Origin: the human T2T-CHM13v2.0 reference genome, Homo sapiens
NCBI RefSeq assembly: GCF_009914755.1
Contig: NC_060933.1
DNA length: 64,000 nt
Reading direction: 5' to 3' (one strand)
The position numbers and the translations under genes are program-made. The notes below the pieces were generated by a model. That model ran no database searches. It was not told where the DNA came from and saw only the letters and a program-made list of their open reading frames with translations. Of this stretch, positions 1-12,467 are shown piece by piece. The stretch's first letter is position 1. Each line of letters opens with the position of its first letter.

Positions 1-170
1 CAACAACTCTATGAGATGGGCACTTTATCCTTTTCATATAAAGAAACTGAGGCGTTTTATATCCTTTCTATATAAGAAAACTGAGGCATATTCTGGTGAA
101 ATATTTGTTCAAGGTCATAGAACTTCTAAGATGCAGCATCAATAAGTCATACCCTGAATCCCTCTTGATT
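1..170 (-). mobile_element. MIR SINE fragment with an internal ~31-bp tandem duplication
   Basis: Antisense MIR core (ctatgagatgg...gaaactgaggc...caaggtcatag); the atccttt...aaactgaggc block occurs twice (24-53, 55-87). Confidence 0.7.
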
Positions 171-834
171 CTATACTTTTTCTATGATACCATGCTTTTC
201 TATATTTTAATCAAATAGATTTTATAAGAGAAATTCAAAGTATAGATGTGCAGTTTATAGCATACAACCTAGGAAACTTTGTGGAAAGAATTTTTATAAC
301 TTCACAGAATAATTTTTTAAGAGAGAGAAATGTGCTTTCAAATGTAAAACTTATCTAATGCAAGAGCTAAATTTCAGGGCAACATTTTTGTTTTGGCATA
401 ACATCTGAAGATGACATGCTATGAATGTCATACATTTTCTACATCCTTATTTAGTATTGATACAGAATTATAGACAGGTAAGACAAAAGAAACAGAGACA
501 TATCTGAGTAGTTTCTGGGGACAGAAAGATAGGATGGAAAGAAAATTGGCCTGGGAGGCAAGAGACATACATTCTGGTTCTTTATTGGTAAATAGCTTGA
601 TTTGCATACATCTTGATCATGTTGCTTTCCCCTCTCAGATAGAAAAGAGGTAATGTTCATCTCCTCAATTTCCACACTCAATCTTCAGTTTCTGCACATC
701 TTTTAAGATTGAATGGGTGTTTTCTGCTCCCCTCTTACGGGAAACTCCTTAGATTGGCTATTGAGTGTAGCTTCCCTGATTAGGCTCTTTCCTGTTGTAA
801 CACTAGAATAAAGAGTGAAAAAGAGTCCATAGTC

Positions 835-980
835 ATCACCTAATTCATCCTTAATGATCGGATGAGAGACACTGAGGATCACAGAAGGACAAGCTTTGGC
901 TTAGCAAAGCCACATGTCAATTCAGTGCAGAGCTGGGACCAGACCCAGGCCCCCACATTCCAGTCCAGTGACCTGCATTG
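835..980 (-). mobile_element. MIR fragment
   Basis: gatgagagacactgagg...aagccacat...gcagagctgggaccagacccagg resembles the antisense MIR core. Confidence 0.6.
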
Positions 981-1496
981 CCTCCAACGTGATTAAATCT
1001 GATGTCAGACTTCACAGAGAGAAGATGTTTTGTTGTTTTGTTCTATTAAGTTAGTCCAGAACATATAAGTTTTTACTCTATAATGAAAAATGATCACTCT
1101 TCTTAAAGAATAATTGAAATGAAAAAGGCAAAGTAATCACACTGCATCTGCAGATATTGGCATTTCAGAACACTGAGTGCATAATAAAATAATCCTTAAG
1201 GAAATTAGTTATTGTCTGAGTACACTGGCTGCTTTGACTTCCTCAAATGCACTCTCACCGATATTAATATTGTATTGAAAATATCCAAGGTCTTCTTTCT
1301 TTGGTCTGCATTATAATGTCCAAAGAAAAATTAGATGTTTTAGTATTATAGAATACTTGCAATAATAAACATGTAATGGCCTAAATCAAGGAGGTAAGAT
1401 GCCAGCTTGCCAATTTATCTAGAATTATGTTTACCTCCAGACCCTGGGTTTTCTTGGGAGACAAGCAGGGACATTGCATGACAAATGGGTATGAAT

Positions 1497-1541
1497 TCAT
1501 ATCATATCATATCATATCATATATCATATCATATCATATCA
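1497..1541. repeat. (CATAT)n pentanucleotide microsatellite
   Basis: About 8 visible units of atatc with one interruption. Confidence 0.95.
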
Positions 1542-1589
1542 GTATAAAGAAAGAAGAAAAGCCAGTGGGGAACGTGGAGAGTATAGTGT

Positions 1590-1795
1590 ACTGATTGCTT
1601 ACCATGGAGAAGTCTTCATACTTGCCTTCTTTATTTCTCACAATAATCCTGTTATGTAGTCATTATTTCCATTATCTTAAAATGTGAAAGATGAGGCTCA
1701 CCAACACTAAGTAGAGAATTCCAGGTCATTAGTGTTCAGGTGAAAGAGAAGAGTTTAGAACTCTGGCACTTTCTAAATTCAAAAGCTATGCTTTC
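1590..1795 (-). mobile_element. MIR fragment (old)
   Basis: ctcacaataatcctg...gaaagatgaggctca...aggtca resembles antisense MIR. Confidence 0.55.
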
Positions 1796-2066
1796 TTCTG
1801 GTTGGTCTGATTACTTCCAATAAAGAAACAGGGAATGTTTATGTTGAAAGATTAAAATATCATAGAGGGAGATGCTTTTTTTTCTTCAAAACTCAAGACC
1901 AGTTTATAAAGGAGAGAATAAATTTTTTCCCTTTGCATCCTCAGAATACTGAGCAAGAAATACAGATGGACATAATAGAAGATATATGTATAAGAAAGAG
2001 AGGCCATTGAAATAAGAAGAGTTGCATGATATCAGATTGGCCTGCCTGAGAATTAACATGCTATTC

Positions 2067-2520
2067 CACATGCCCATCAATAATAGACTGTATAAAGAAA
2101 ACTTGGTACATATATATATTATCATGGAATACTATGCAGCCATAAAAAGGAATGAGATCATGTCCTTTGCAGGGACATGGACGGAGCTGGAAGCTGTCCT
2201 CCTCAGCACACTAATGCAGGAACAGAAAACCAAACACCGTATGTTTTCACTTATAAGTGAGAGCTGAATGATGAGAACATTTGGACACATTGTGGGGGAA
2301 CAACACACACTGGGGCCTATTGAGGACGCAGGGTTGTGGAGAGCATCAGAAAGAACAGCCAATGGGTGCTGGGCTTAATACTTGGGTGATGGTTTGATCT
2401 ATGCATCAAACTACCATGGTATATATTTACCTATGTAACAAACCTGCACATCCTGCACATGTACACTGGAACTTAAAATAAAAGTTGATTAAAACTTTTA
2501 AAAAATCAAATAAAAATGAA
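2067..2520 (+). mobile_element. 5'-truncated L1 3' end (about L1PA10-13)
   Basis: ORF2 C-terminus MEYYAAIKRNEIMSFAGTW, 3'UTR ending cctgcacatgtac...cttaaaataaaag, A-rich tail; decayed TSD 2051-2066 vs 2521-2536 (13/16). Confidence 0.9.
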
Positions 2521-3384
2521 AAATAACAAACTATTCAAAAGCATGGGCAAGGAAGAAAGTAATGACTTCACAGGTATATAAGAAAGATTGAAGTCTTATA
2601 TGAAACTTTGAACTGGCAAATCCCTAGGAGGACATCACACTCTACATTTCTGTGATTTATTATTTGATCTGTAGCACTTTGGTTAACATAGAAGTTACAT
2701 TCAATTCCTGTAATTTTAGGTTCCTAAGTTTTGTCCAAATGCATATTTTTGAAAGAAAAAATCCTCTGCAGTGCTATATTATGGCTTTTGGCTGAAGTCA
2801 CATGCCTAAAATGTGCAACTGAAATATGGCTTTATGGAGGAGCTCCAAGTTTTTTCAGAATTATGTACTATTTGAGAGGGGTCAACCGCAGAACTGCACA
2901 TCTCTGCAGTGTCTTCAAACATTCTGAATTGCTGAGGTCTGCAAAACCAATTTGGAAACCTCCAGAATGGGAGGTCTTTTTGGCTTCCTGTCTTCAAGCT
3001 GCTATCCAGCAGAACAGGAACCAGAAACAATATGCACTCGCTCAAAGCCACCAGGTTGGACACTTGCTAGCATTAGAAGAAGGCAGGCCCAGGAGAACTG
3101 TCAAGTAGGTAAAACCCATCTTTGGTGCCCTGAAGCCTCCATAAAACCACAAGATATTGGAGATAAAGAGTTTCAGCAATTTTTTTTTCAGCTAGTGACA
3201 CTAAACTGAGGCTCAGAATATAGAAGGAAATTATTTAAGAAGGGCCAGTGAATTTGTTTCCAAGATTAGTACTACGTTTTAAGTTCCTTGACTCATTTTG
3301 TGCTTGAGGAATTAGAGAATTTCAGAATGATAGAGAAATTGAGATTATGACCTCACTAGACTTCCCCTAATTTCATATTAATAA

Positions 3385-3620
3385 GTGTCCATGGAAAAGG
3401 GATTTCGTGGTCAGTCAAGTTTGTGAATCAGTGGCTACTATACAAGTTTATTGAAGAGCCACCATGCCTGTTTTCAAAGCTCTGATAAATCTTACAAAGA
3501 TGCTCATTTGACTTTGTTTCCCAAACTCACTTGACTGCAGAATAATTTTCCTTCTTGCCACATATTGACATGCTAGGAAACACTTGGATTTTGCAAAATA
3601 TAGTTTGTAAAGTGTTAAGA
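3385..3620. mobile_element. Old hAT-Charlie-type MITE fragment
   Basis: gtggtcagtcaagtttg...tgtttcccaaactcacttgac resembles Charlie-family MITE internal motifs; family not resolved. Confidence 0.35.
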
Positions 3621-4114
3621 TTGACCATTCCAACTGGATACTTGGTTTCACAATCAACAGGGTCATCACGTAAATGTCCAGCTTGATGCTTTACAATAAT
3701 GGGACACTTACCTGACTCTATTTCCCCTATCAAACTGTACGTTCTCTGAGCACATCATTGTGACATGTTCACCATTGTGTCTCCCACACAAGAATACCAG
3801 GGTTCAATAATTATGTAATCATTGCTCTCATAGGTATCCCCATTATATTTTTCAACAATTCCAATAATCAAAATGCCAGTCCTAATATTCAGTGCCACTT
3901 GCCTTGCTACAATTCTGGTCCTCTTCCATACTAATCTTCCCTCTATACAGATGATAGCCCTTCAAGAATTGAAAATGCTGATTATTTCTGTCCCTCTGTC
4001 ATAAGCCTCAACTTCTCCATGTTAAACATTCCCAGGTTCTTTCACTACTTCTTATCTAATTTGATTTTATTTTCTCTCATCATTCTGGAAATGGATTCCA
4101 GTTAAAACCATGAG

Positions 4115-4409
4115 CTTGTAATAGTTTGCTGAGAATGATGGTTTCCAGCTTCATCCATGTCCCTACAAAGGACATGAACTCATCATTTTTTATGGCTGCA
4201 TAGTATTCCATGGTGTATATGTGCCACATTTTCTTAATCCAGTCTATCATTGTTGGACATTTGGGTTGGTTCCAAGTCTTTGCTATTGTGAATAGTGCCA
4301 CAATAAATATACGTGTGCATGTGCAGCACACCAACATGGCACATGTATACATATGTAACAAACCTGCACGTTGTGCACATGTACCCTAAAACTTAAAGTA
4401 TAATAAAAA
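4115..4409 (+). mobile_element. Short 5'-inverted L1PA4-like insertion
   Basis: Antisense ORF2-end segment 4115-4323 joined to sense terminal 3'UTR 4321-4409; perfect TSD AAAACCATGAG at 4104-4114 and 4410-4420 after TT|AAAA. Confidence 0.95.
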
Positions 4410-4424
4410 AAAACCATGAGATTT

Positions 4425-4640
4425 TACACAATTAGATAAATCTAGGTTCACTTTGTAGCTACTCCATTTGGTAAATGTATGAGCTTTTTGAAAAATGCAT
4501 GGCCTTTGTGACTGTTTCTTACCTAACTCATAAGAAGTATTTATCTCTTAACCATTGTAAAATCAACCTCAAAAAACTGTGGTGAGAAATAAATGAGAAA
4601 GAATGTAGGGCCTATAACATATTGCTCAATCCATGTTATT
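4425..4640 (+). mobile_element. MIR fragment
   Basis: ctaggttca...tgtggtgagaaataaatgaga...tgctcaat resembles MIR. Confidence 0.5.
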
Positions 4641-4799
4641 CAATATGGCTTATTTAGCCCTGGCACCTTCGTTCCCAGAATCTTTCTAGTTGGCTTTATT
4701 TGAGCCTATGTTGTGAACATTTGCTTAAACAAGAAAAAATAGAGTGCACAATCAAGAGAGGTGATTGTTATCAATTTCTGACCACTTTCAGAGAATGGA

Positions 4800-4960
4800 G
4801 TTCCAGTTCTTCTTCATATCTTACAAAGTTGCCTTTTTACTTCTCTTTCTGTTCATGTTGCTTACCTCATGCCTTTACAACTGTTCTTTGAAAACACTCC
4901 CCAATAAATACCTCCATGCAAATCTCTAGTTAAAGTAGGGGAGACTCAACCTATGATACC
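4800..4960 (+). mobile_element. ERVL LTR16-like 3' fragment
   Basis: aaacactccccaataaatacctccatgcaaatctc...caacctatgatac resembles the LTR16 3' terminus. Confidence 0.45.
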
Positions 4961-5374
4961 CAGAAACTGCATGAAGATTTTTGAGGAGGGAGGCATGCTG
5001 AGGTCTTGCAACTGTATAGGAAGGAGCAATGAGCTAGCCATTTTCATGCAGTGATAGAAACGTGCCCTAACTTCATACTCTTTTTCAGTGAAGAAGTCTG
5101 GAGACTACAGACACTATGTTACCTGTATTTAAATCAGTTTCTATTTGTGCATCAAATTCTTGTCTTCTTTTTGACGATATTCCAATTTCATAAATTTGGG
5201 GCTAGGGAAAAGACATAAGAAGGAAGTATGCACTAGTTGGGATATATTAGACCAGTCTTATTTTTCTCTCTGGGTACTAAGTCTGCACTATTACAATGGA
5301 TCTGTTAACCAGATGATTTCTGAAGGGCTGTGTGACTCTGTTCTGATTCTTAGAGTTTTGAGTCTTTTGCCCAA

Positions 5375-5745
5375 TTAATAAATAGTTATGGTACAATTAC
5401 CATGTGCTAATTCTGTTGCTTGATTTTGGAGATGTAATAGTGAGCTTGCTAGAGAAAGTTTAGAACTTCATGAAGATTCCATCTAAGTAGTAAGACATAT
5501 GATGAACAATATGAAAAGATAATGAGTAATACAGAAAGTCCAGAATGTTCAGGGAACACAATGAAAGGGACTCAGCAAACAAGAACTGAGAAAAATCTTC
5601 ACAGGAAATGTCCTTTAAACTGAGGCTTAAAAAATGAGCCACACCAACAGATAATGAAAGAGATTTCAGACAGATTAAACATCAGGTGCAAAATCTTAAC
5701 GGCTTCAATATGTTTGACAATTTGAGCAACTGGAAGAAGGTAACC
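5375..5745 (-). mobile_element. L2 fragment
   Basis: taccatgtgcta...ggagatgtaatagtgag...cttcacaggaaatgtcctttaaactgag resembles the antisense L2 3' end. Confidence 0.6.
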
Positions 5746-5874
5746 CCTGCAAAAACATTCAATCTCTAATGGAAATTATAAAAATATACAATGTGCATCA
5801 GAAAGAAGGGATATCTTATATTTTGCCTCCTAACCTAAATACTCTATGTCATCATTTGTGTACATGATTCAACA

Positions 5875-6026
5875 TATCTGTATTACCTGGAGGCTTCCTA
5901 GAATTACTGATTTTTGGGCCCTACCACAAACTCACTGAATCAGAATCTTGGAGGTGGGAGTCCAGGAATCTGTTTCAATACACTCTCTGCGTGATTCTTA
6001 GGCACACTAGAGACTGAGAATCACTG
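5875..6026. mobile_element. MER5 (hAT-Charlie) MITE
   Basis: ctgaatcagaatct...ccaggaatctg...gtgattct...tgagaatcactg. Confidence 0.8.
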
Positions 6027-7333
6027 TTCTGTTATTCCAGGAGTTGAAACTACCTTTCTAATATATCTGATTAAAATCTTGGCATTTGAGATTGCATTCA
6101 CAAAGACACAGATAATCAAACATCTAGTCCTGAATATTTGGTACCCAAGGGCTACATATTCAGCACTCCAAATCCGCTTGCCAACTCCCCAAAATTTCTG
6201 AACAAACGATGACCTCACTGGACTCTAAAATATAGCTCTCTAGAGGGCATGATGTTTACAGGATTTGAGAATATCAATTATATGACAAAGACACTTTCCT
6301 CTCTGCAAGCAGCCAACAATAGCCCTGTTTCTCCATAAATGTCACTAGTGGGGTGGGTCAGATATGATTTGGTTGGTGCTACCACGTGAAATACCTTTTA
6401 TGTGTCATTTTTTAAAGAAATGGGATAATTTAGCATCCTCCTAATATCTTACATTAGTATGCTGCAACCTAGGCCCAGATAAGAAAAACTGCCCTTCATT
6501 GCTAAGAGTCATGTTAACACCTTTTTAGGGCAGTAAAGGAAAAGATATATGATAATGGAAGAAAGAAAAAAAAAACAATTTCCATAGTGCTTTCAGCTGT
6601 GACTAAAACCCAGCATATGAGGCAGAGGCTTTTATTGAGAGATCATAACAGACAATGCGTCATAAACCCCACCTCCATCAAGGAGGACAAACAGTGTGTA
6701 CGAAGGAAAGCCCTTGCCTGGTAAGAGACTTGCTTAATAGACTTGGAAAATCCTTAAGGTAAAGAACAATTCAAGCAAACACATCAAATGTTACTGTTTT
6801 GTTTAAGGCCTGAATTAGTGCTTACAACTTTGCTCTTCTTGCTCCATTATGACGGTCAAATACCTAAAGAAAGAAACATAAAAAACAGGTCCTAGGAATC
6901 CTAAAAGCAGGGAATTGTGAAGTAATGAACTCTAGATAAGAGTGTTGATTAGTGGGAGGATTGAGCAATTTGGGTCTTCAAGAGACTTACGCCTGCTCTG
7001 AGTTCCATGCCTTCTTATATAGCATAACTATATAAGAATAAGATGCTCTGGACAACTAAAATGCCTCTCATTTAGCAAGCCCTATTCTCTTGAGAAGGCT
7101 GTTTTGGTTTTAAATAGCAAAGGTTTTCTTTTTTCACTGTATACCCATAAATAGTTAATTCTTACACTAGTCAGTTACCTCATGTTAGAGCAATTAATAT
7201 TTATGTTGGCCTTCCCCAAACTAGATTGGAAGTTTTAAGATATGATATGGTTTGGCTGTGTCCCCACCCAGCTCTCATCTTGAATTGTAGCTCTCATAAT
7301 CCCCACATGTCATGGGAGGGACCTGGTAGGAGG

Positions 7334-7344
7334 TAATTGAATCA
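7334..7344 (+). promoter_or_regulatory. DUX4-type motif TAATTGAATCA in the THE1 5' LTR
   Basis: Exact match to TAAYYBAATCA; MaLR LTRs are established DUX4 targets. Binding at this copy is untested. Confidence 0.6.
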
Positions 7345-9255
7345 TGGGCGTGGGTTTTTCCTGTGCTGTTCTCATGATAGTGAATAAGTCTCATGAGAGC
7401 TGATGGTTTTAGAAAAGGCATTTCTCTTGCACGTGCTCTCTTGCCTGCCACCATGTAAGATGTGCCTTTGCTCCTTCTTCACCTTCTGCCATGATTGTGA
7501 GGCCTCCCCAGCCATGTGGAGCTGTGAGCCTATTAAACCTTTTTTTTAAAAAAATAAATTACCGAGTCTCACGTATGTCCTTATAGCCGCATGAGAATGA
7601 ACTAATACAGAAAACTGGTATTTGGAGTGGGGTGCTGCTGCAAAGACACCTGAAAATGTGAAAGCAACTTTGGAACTTGGTAACATGCAGAGGTTGGAAC
7701 AGCTTGAAAGGCTCAGAAGAAGATAGGAAAATATATGAGAGTTTGAAACTGTCTACAGAATTGGAGGGCTCAGAAGATGGGAAGATGTGGGAAAGCTTGG
7801 AACTTCCTAGAGACTCATTGAATGGTTTTGAACAAAATGCTAACAGTGATATGGACAATAAAGTCCAGGTTGAGATGGTCTCAGATGGAGATGAGGAACT
7901 TATTGGGAACTCAAGTAAGGTCACTCTTCCTAGGCAAAGAGACTGGTAGCATTTTTCTCCTGCCCTAGAGATCTGTAGAACTTTGAACTTGAGAGAGATG
8001 ATTTAGGGTATCTGGAGAAAGAAATTTCTAAGTGGCAAAGTGTTCAAGAGGAAGCAGAGCATAAAAATTTGGAAAATTTGCAGACCAAGGATGCAGTAGA
8101 AAAGAAAAACCCTTTTTCTGGAGAGAAATTCAAGACTGCAGCAGAAATTTGTATAAGTAACAATTAGCCTAATGCTAATTGCCAAGACAATGGGGAAAAT
8201 GTCTCCAGGCCATGTCAGATACCTTCGTCAGACTTGGAGGCCTAGGAGGGAAAAATGGTTTCCTGGGCTGGGTCCAGGGCGCCCCTGTTGTGTGCAGCCT
8301 CAGGATTTGGTGCCCTGCATCCCAGTTGCTTCAGCCATGGCTAAAAGGGGCCAAGGTACAGCTTGGGCCATAGCTTCACAGGGTGAAAGCCCCAAGCCTT
8401 GGCAGCTTCCATGTGGTGTTCAGCCTGTGGGTACACAGAAGTCAAGAATTGAGGTTTGGGAACCTTTGCCTAGATTTCAGAGGATGTGTGAAAATACCTA
8501 GGATGTTCAGGCACAGGTGTGATGCAGGGGTAACGCCCTCATGGAGAACCTCTGCTAAGACAGTGGGGAAAGAAAATATGGGGTGGGAGGCACCACACAG
8601 AGTCCCCACTGGGGCACTGCCTAGTGGAGCTATGGGAAGAGGGCCTACACCTTCAGACCCCAGAATGGTAGATCCACTGACAGCTTGCACTGTGCTCCTG
8701 AAAAGCCACAGACACTCAATGCCAGCCCATGAATGCAGCCAGGATGGGGGTTGTACCCTGCAAAGCCACAGGGGCAGAGCTGTGCAAGACCATGGGGACC
8801 CACCTCTTGCATCAGCATGATCTGGATGTGAGACATAAAGTCAAAGGAGATCATTTTGGAGTTTTAAGATTTTACTGCACCACAGGATTTTGGACTTGCA
8901 TGGTGCCTGAGGCCCCTTTGTTTTGGCCAATTTCTTCCATTTAAAATGGGTGTATTTACCCAATGCCAGTACCCCCATTGTATATAGGAAGTAACTAACT
9001 TGCTTTTGATTTTACAGGCTCATAGGTGGGAGGGACTTGCCTTGTCTCAGATTAGACTTCGGAATGTGGACTTTTAAGTTAATGCTGAAATAAGTTAAGA
9101 TTGGGGGACTATTGGGAAGGCATGATTGGTTTTGAAATGAGATTTGGAAGGGCCAGAGGCAGAATGATATGGTTTGGCTGTGTCCCCACCCAAATCTCAT
9201 ATTGAATTGTAGCTCCCATAATCCCCACATGTCATGGGAGGGACCCAGTGGGAGG

Positions 9256-9338
9256 TAATTGAATCACAGGGGCAGGGTTTTTTCTGTGCTCTTCTTATGG
9301 TAGTGAATAAGTCTCATGAGATCTGATGGTTTTATAAA
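9256..9338 (+). promoter_or_regulatory. DUX4-type motif (9256-9266) plus TATA box (9333-9338) in the THE1 3' LTR
   Basis: TAATTGAATCA and TATAAA both intact; the 5' LTR has TAGAAA at the equivalent TATA position. Confidence 0.55.
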
Positions 9339-9489
9339 GGGCAGTTCCTCTGCACACACTCTCTTGCCTGCCACCGTGTAAGAAGTGCCTTTGCTCTTCC
9401 TTTCCCTTCCACTATAATTGTGAAGCTTCCCCAGCCATGTGGAACTGTGAGCCCATTACTATGAGGTAAGATAGGCTTGTTGTGATAAG

Positions 9490-9615
9490 TAAGGTGTCGA
9501 TAAAATGAAAAAGTTCAGAGGAGAACATATTGCTTTTGGGGTAACTTCATGGAATAAGCAGCATTTTAACTGATACTTGAAGAATGGATTGGGATTTTTT
9601 CAGGTAAGAGAGCTC
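9490..9615 (-). mobile_element. L2 fragment
   Basis: cttcatggaataagcagcattttaactgatacttgaagaatgg is typical antisense L2. Confidence 0.5.
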
Positions 9616-9988
9616 CTAGAGTTATGACTGATGCAAAGAGTATGTTTGCTTATTTTTTTTTTTAAATGCACTTTATACTGGAAGTTATATCCCGGGTTCC
9701 TGGCCAAGCATTACAGAGAAGAAAGAGTCTATCTTGCATAATTAAGGTGAGAGGAAGGCCAGCATAAAAATTCAAACTGTTTGGAGGAAGTGTCAGCATC
9801 AAGTGTTAGGAGTAACCCAGATGGTGCTCAAGATAAGGAGGAGGTACCTGCAGTAGAAGACACATTCAGTGGGTGTATTTCAAGTGAAATACTGTTGCTA
9901 TACTATATTACTCTTCCTCAGAACCTACTCTTCTTCAGAACCTCGTAAATTCTCAGCAAAATATTTAAGAGATTAAAAATATTGTTGT

Positions 9989-10269
9989 TCATTATTCTTA
10001 GTAAAATCACACAGGAACAGAATACTGCGTGTTCTCACTTACTAGTGGGATCTAAACGATGAGAACACATGGACACATAGAGAGGAACAACACACACTGG
10101 GACCTTTTGGAGGGTAGAGGCTGGGAGGAGGGAGAGGATCAGGAAAAATAACTAATGGGTACTAAGCTTAGTATCTGGATGAGGAATAATCTGTACAACA
10201 AACCCTCATGACACAAGTTTACCTATGTAACAAACCTGCACTCGTACCCCTGAGCTTAAAATAAAGTTA
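9989..10269 (+). mobile_element. 5'-truncated L1 3' end (about L1PA13-15)
   Basis: gaggatcaggaaaaataactaatgggtact...cttaaaataaagtt; TSD aaaaatattgttgt 9975-9988 vs aaaaatactgctgt 10270-10283 (12/14). Confidence 0.9.
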
Positions 10270-10693
10270 AAAAATACTGCTGTGATAGAATTTCTAGTGA
10301 AAGCTCAGGAAAAGCTAGATGATTGTGTTAAGGTATTCATGGTGTCAAAGAGGCACCATGGAACTAACACAGTATATTCTTGGTAGAGAATTGTAGAGGT
10401 CCCACTGCTAATATCTTAGAGAAAATTCCCAAACATAACTGAGCCACTGAATAAATGAACATCTACATATAATGGCTGACGCCTATGCTCAATGTCAGAC
10501 TATATTCATCCTGGGCTTTTAATGTGACCCAGGAATCAGTACTTTTAGCCAATTCTGCAGGTGATTTAATGCATCAAGTGCAACCCTATGTCTGAATACC
10601 TAAGTATGGGAAATACTTGTGTGGAGGATATAAACAAAGTAAGGAAATCTGGACACAGGAAGATAAAGTGACAATTAAAATTGAGTGGTTCTC

Positions 10694-10915
10694 CACATGG
10701 ACACAGGGAGGGGAACAACACACACCAGGGCCTGTCAGGGGGTGGGGGGCAAGGGGAGGGAGAGCATTAAGACAAATACCTAATGCTTGCTGGGCTTAAA
10801 ACCTAGATGACGGGTTGATAGGTACAGCAAACCACCGTGGCACATGTATGCCTATGTAACAAACCCACACATTCTGCACACATATACTGGAACTTAAAGT
10901 AAAATAATAAAAAGA
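10694..10915 (+). mobile_element. 5'-truncated L1PA7/8-like 3' end
   Basis: cacatggacacagggaggggaacaacacacacc...ggcttaaaacctagatgacggg...cttaaagtaaaat; G-tract at 10738-10760. Confidence 0.9.
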
Positions 10916-10946
10916 AATCATGACAAAAAACATTAAAAAATATTTT

Positions 10947-11330
<384 letters not shown>

Positions 11331-11948
11331 CTACCTCTAAAAATAAATAGATAAATAAATAAATAAAATTGAGAAGTTCATATATTAGTTATTAAAAGAG
11401 GAAAAAATGATGCTCTGGATTCATGTTATAATAGCAGGTTTGTGTGTAGATAATGGGCTGGCTAAAAGACTGCAAGTCAAATGAAGCAAACAAACTTTTC
11501 CATGTGTCTAGGACTGGCCAAAGACATAACAAAACATTGTGTGTGTGTTTTTTGTCTTTTCTATTTCTGCCCTCCCTTGGGACAGATAGCTCTGGGCCTC
11601 GTGGAGTTATGAATCAGAGTGTTCTGACATATGCAGCTAATAGAACATGCATTAGCTTTAAAATTAGGTGCTCTGTTCTGAGCACCCATGATTTCATTCG
11701 TTATTCTAAGAATATTAGCCTCTCCTAATATGGAAGAGATGTGAAATTACTTACAAGTTTCACTAACTCCCTTATGATGAATCCACTACCCATTTAGTCT
11801 TTTTTCTTTCTATTCTACTGTCTCTGCCCAGAAGACAGATCACAAAAATGGATCCCTCCCACCCTGATTCATGAATTACTAAGACTACTAACCACAGTAT
11901 TTTTAAGTAAGGAGTTCTCAGTTAATTACTCCTGTAATTAAAGAAAAT

Positions 11949-11957
11949 TGTGTGTGT

Positions 11958-11993
<36 letters not shown>
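11949..11993. repeat. (TG)n microsatellite
   Basis: About 22 units with one TA interruption. Confidence 0.97.
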
Positions 11994-11995
<2 letters not shown>

Positions 11996-12467
11996 TTGAA
12001 ATCTCCCTCCCTCCAGGGACATAACCTATCAGATTTTCAAGCAGGCCATAACCCATACACTGTGAAGTACCTCTGTCATGTAAGAAACTGCACTACTTGG
12101 AAAACTGAATTCAAGGACTGACTATGACCCACAAACGTGTATGATTTCTGGATGAGACTGTCACTCCAAGTCTCATAGTGAATGCAAAATATCCAATATA
12201 TTTAAAGATGCCAAATAACGAGGAATAGAATATAAGAGATTCGTGTACCCCATAAACATTCAGATGCACACAAAGACTAGAGCATCATAGCTAGATGCAA
12301 GGCACATTCCATTTGGGAGAAAAAAGCCATAAGCAAAAGTAACTTATGTATATTGATGATCTTTGTAATGGAAGTATCATGTTCATATGAAGAAATGTAC
12401 TGTGCTCTCCAATTCATTGATCATCGGGATTGCCATGAGTATAAAAGGAACACTGATGTCATTGATC

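Larger units (their letters stand above)
7243..9458 (+). mobile_element. THE1B-like MaLR provirus: 5' LTR 7243-7609, internal 7610-9164, 3'-truncated 3' LTR 9165-9458
   Basis: Two LTRs starting TGATATGGTTTGGCTGTGTCCCCACCC; 5' LTR ends ...ACTAATACA; typical THE1 internal sequence; 3' LTR stops at gagcccatta. Confidence 0.95.

Noticed and set aside
2731-3209. Overlapping 85-125 aa ORFs in unique DNA
   Set aside because: Non-ATG starts, no recognisable domain, no convincing splice pair
7503-7515. PRDM9 hotspot motif in THE1B
   Set aside because: CCTCCCCAGCCAT differs from CCTCCCTAGCCAC at two key positions; the 3' LTR copy is further mutated
7559-8944. Multiple 60-145 aa ORFs (also at 49612-50440)
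   Set aside because: Decayed MaLR internal sequence; no intact frame
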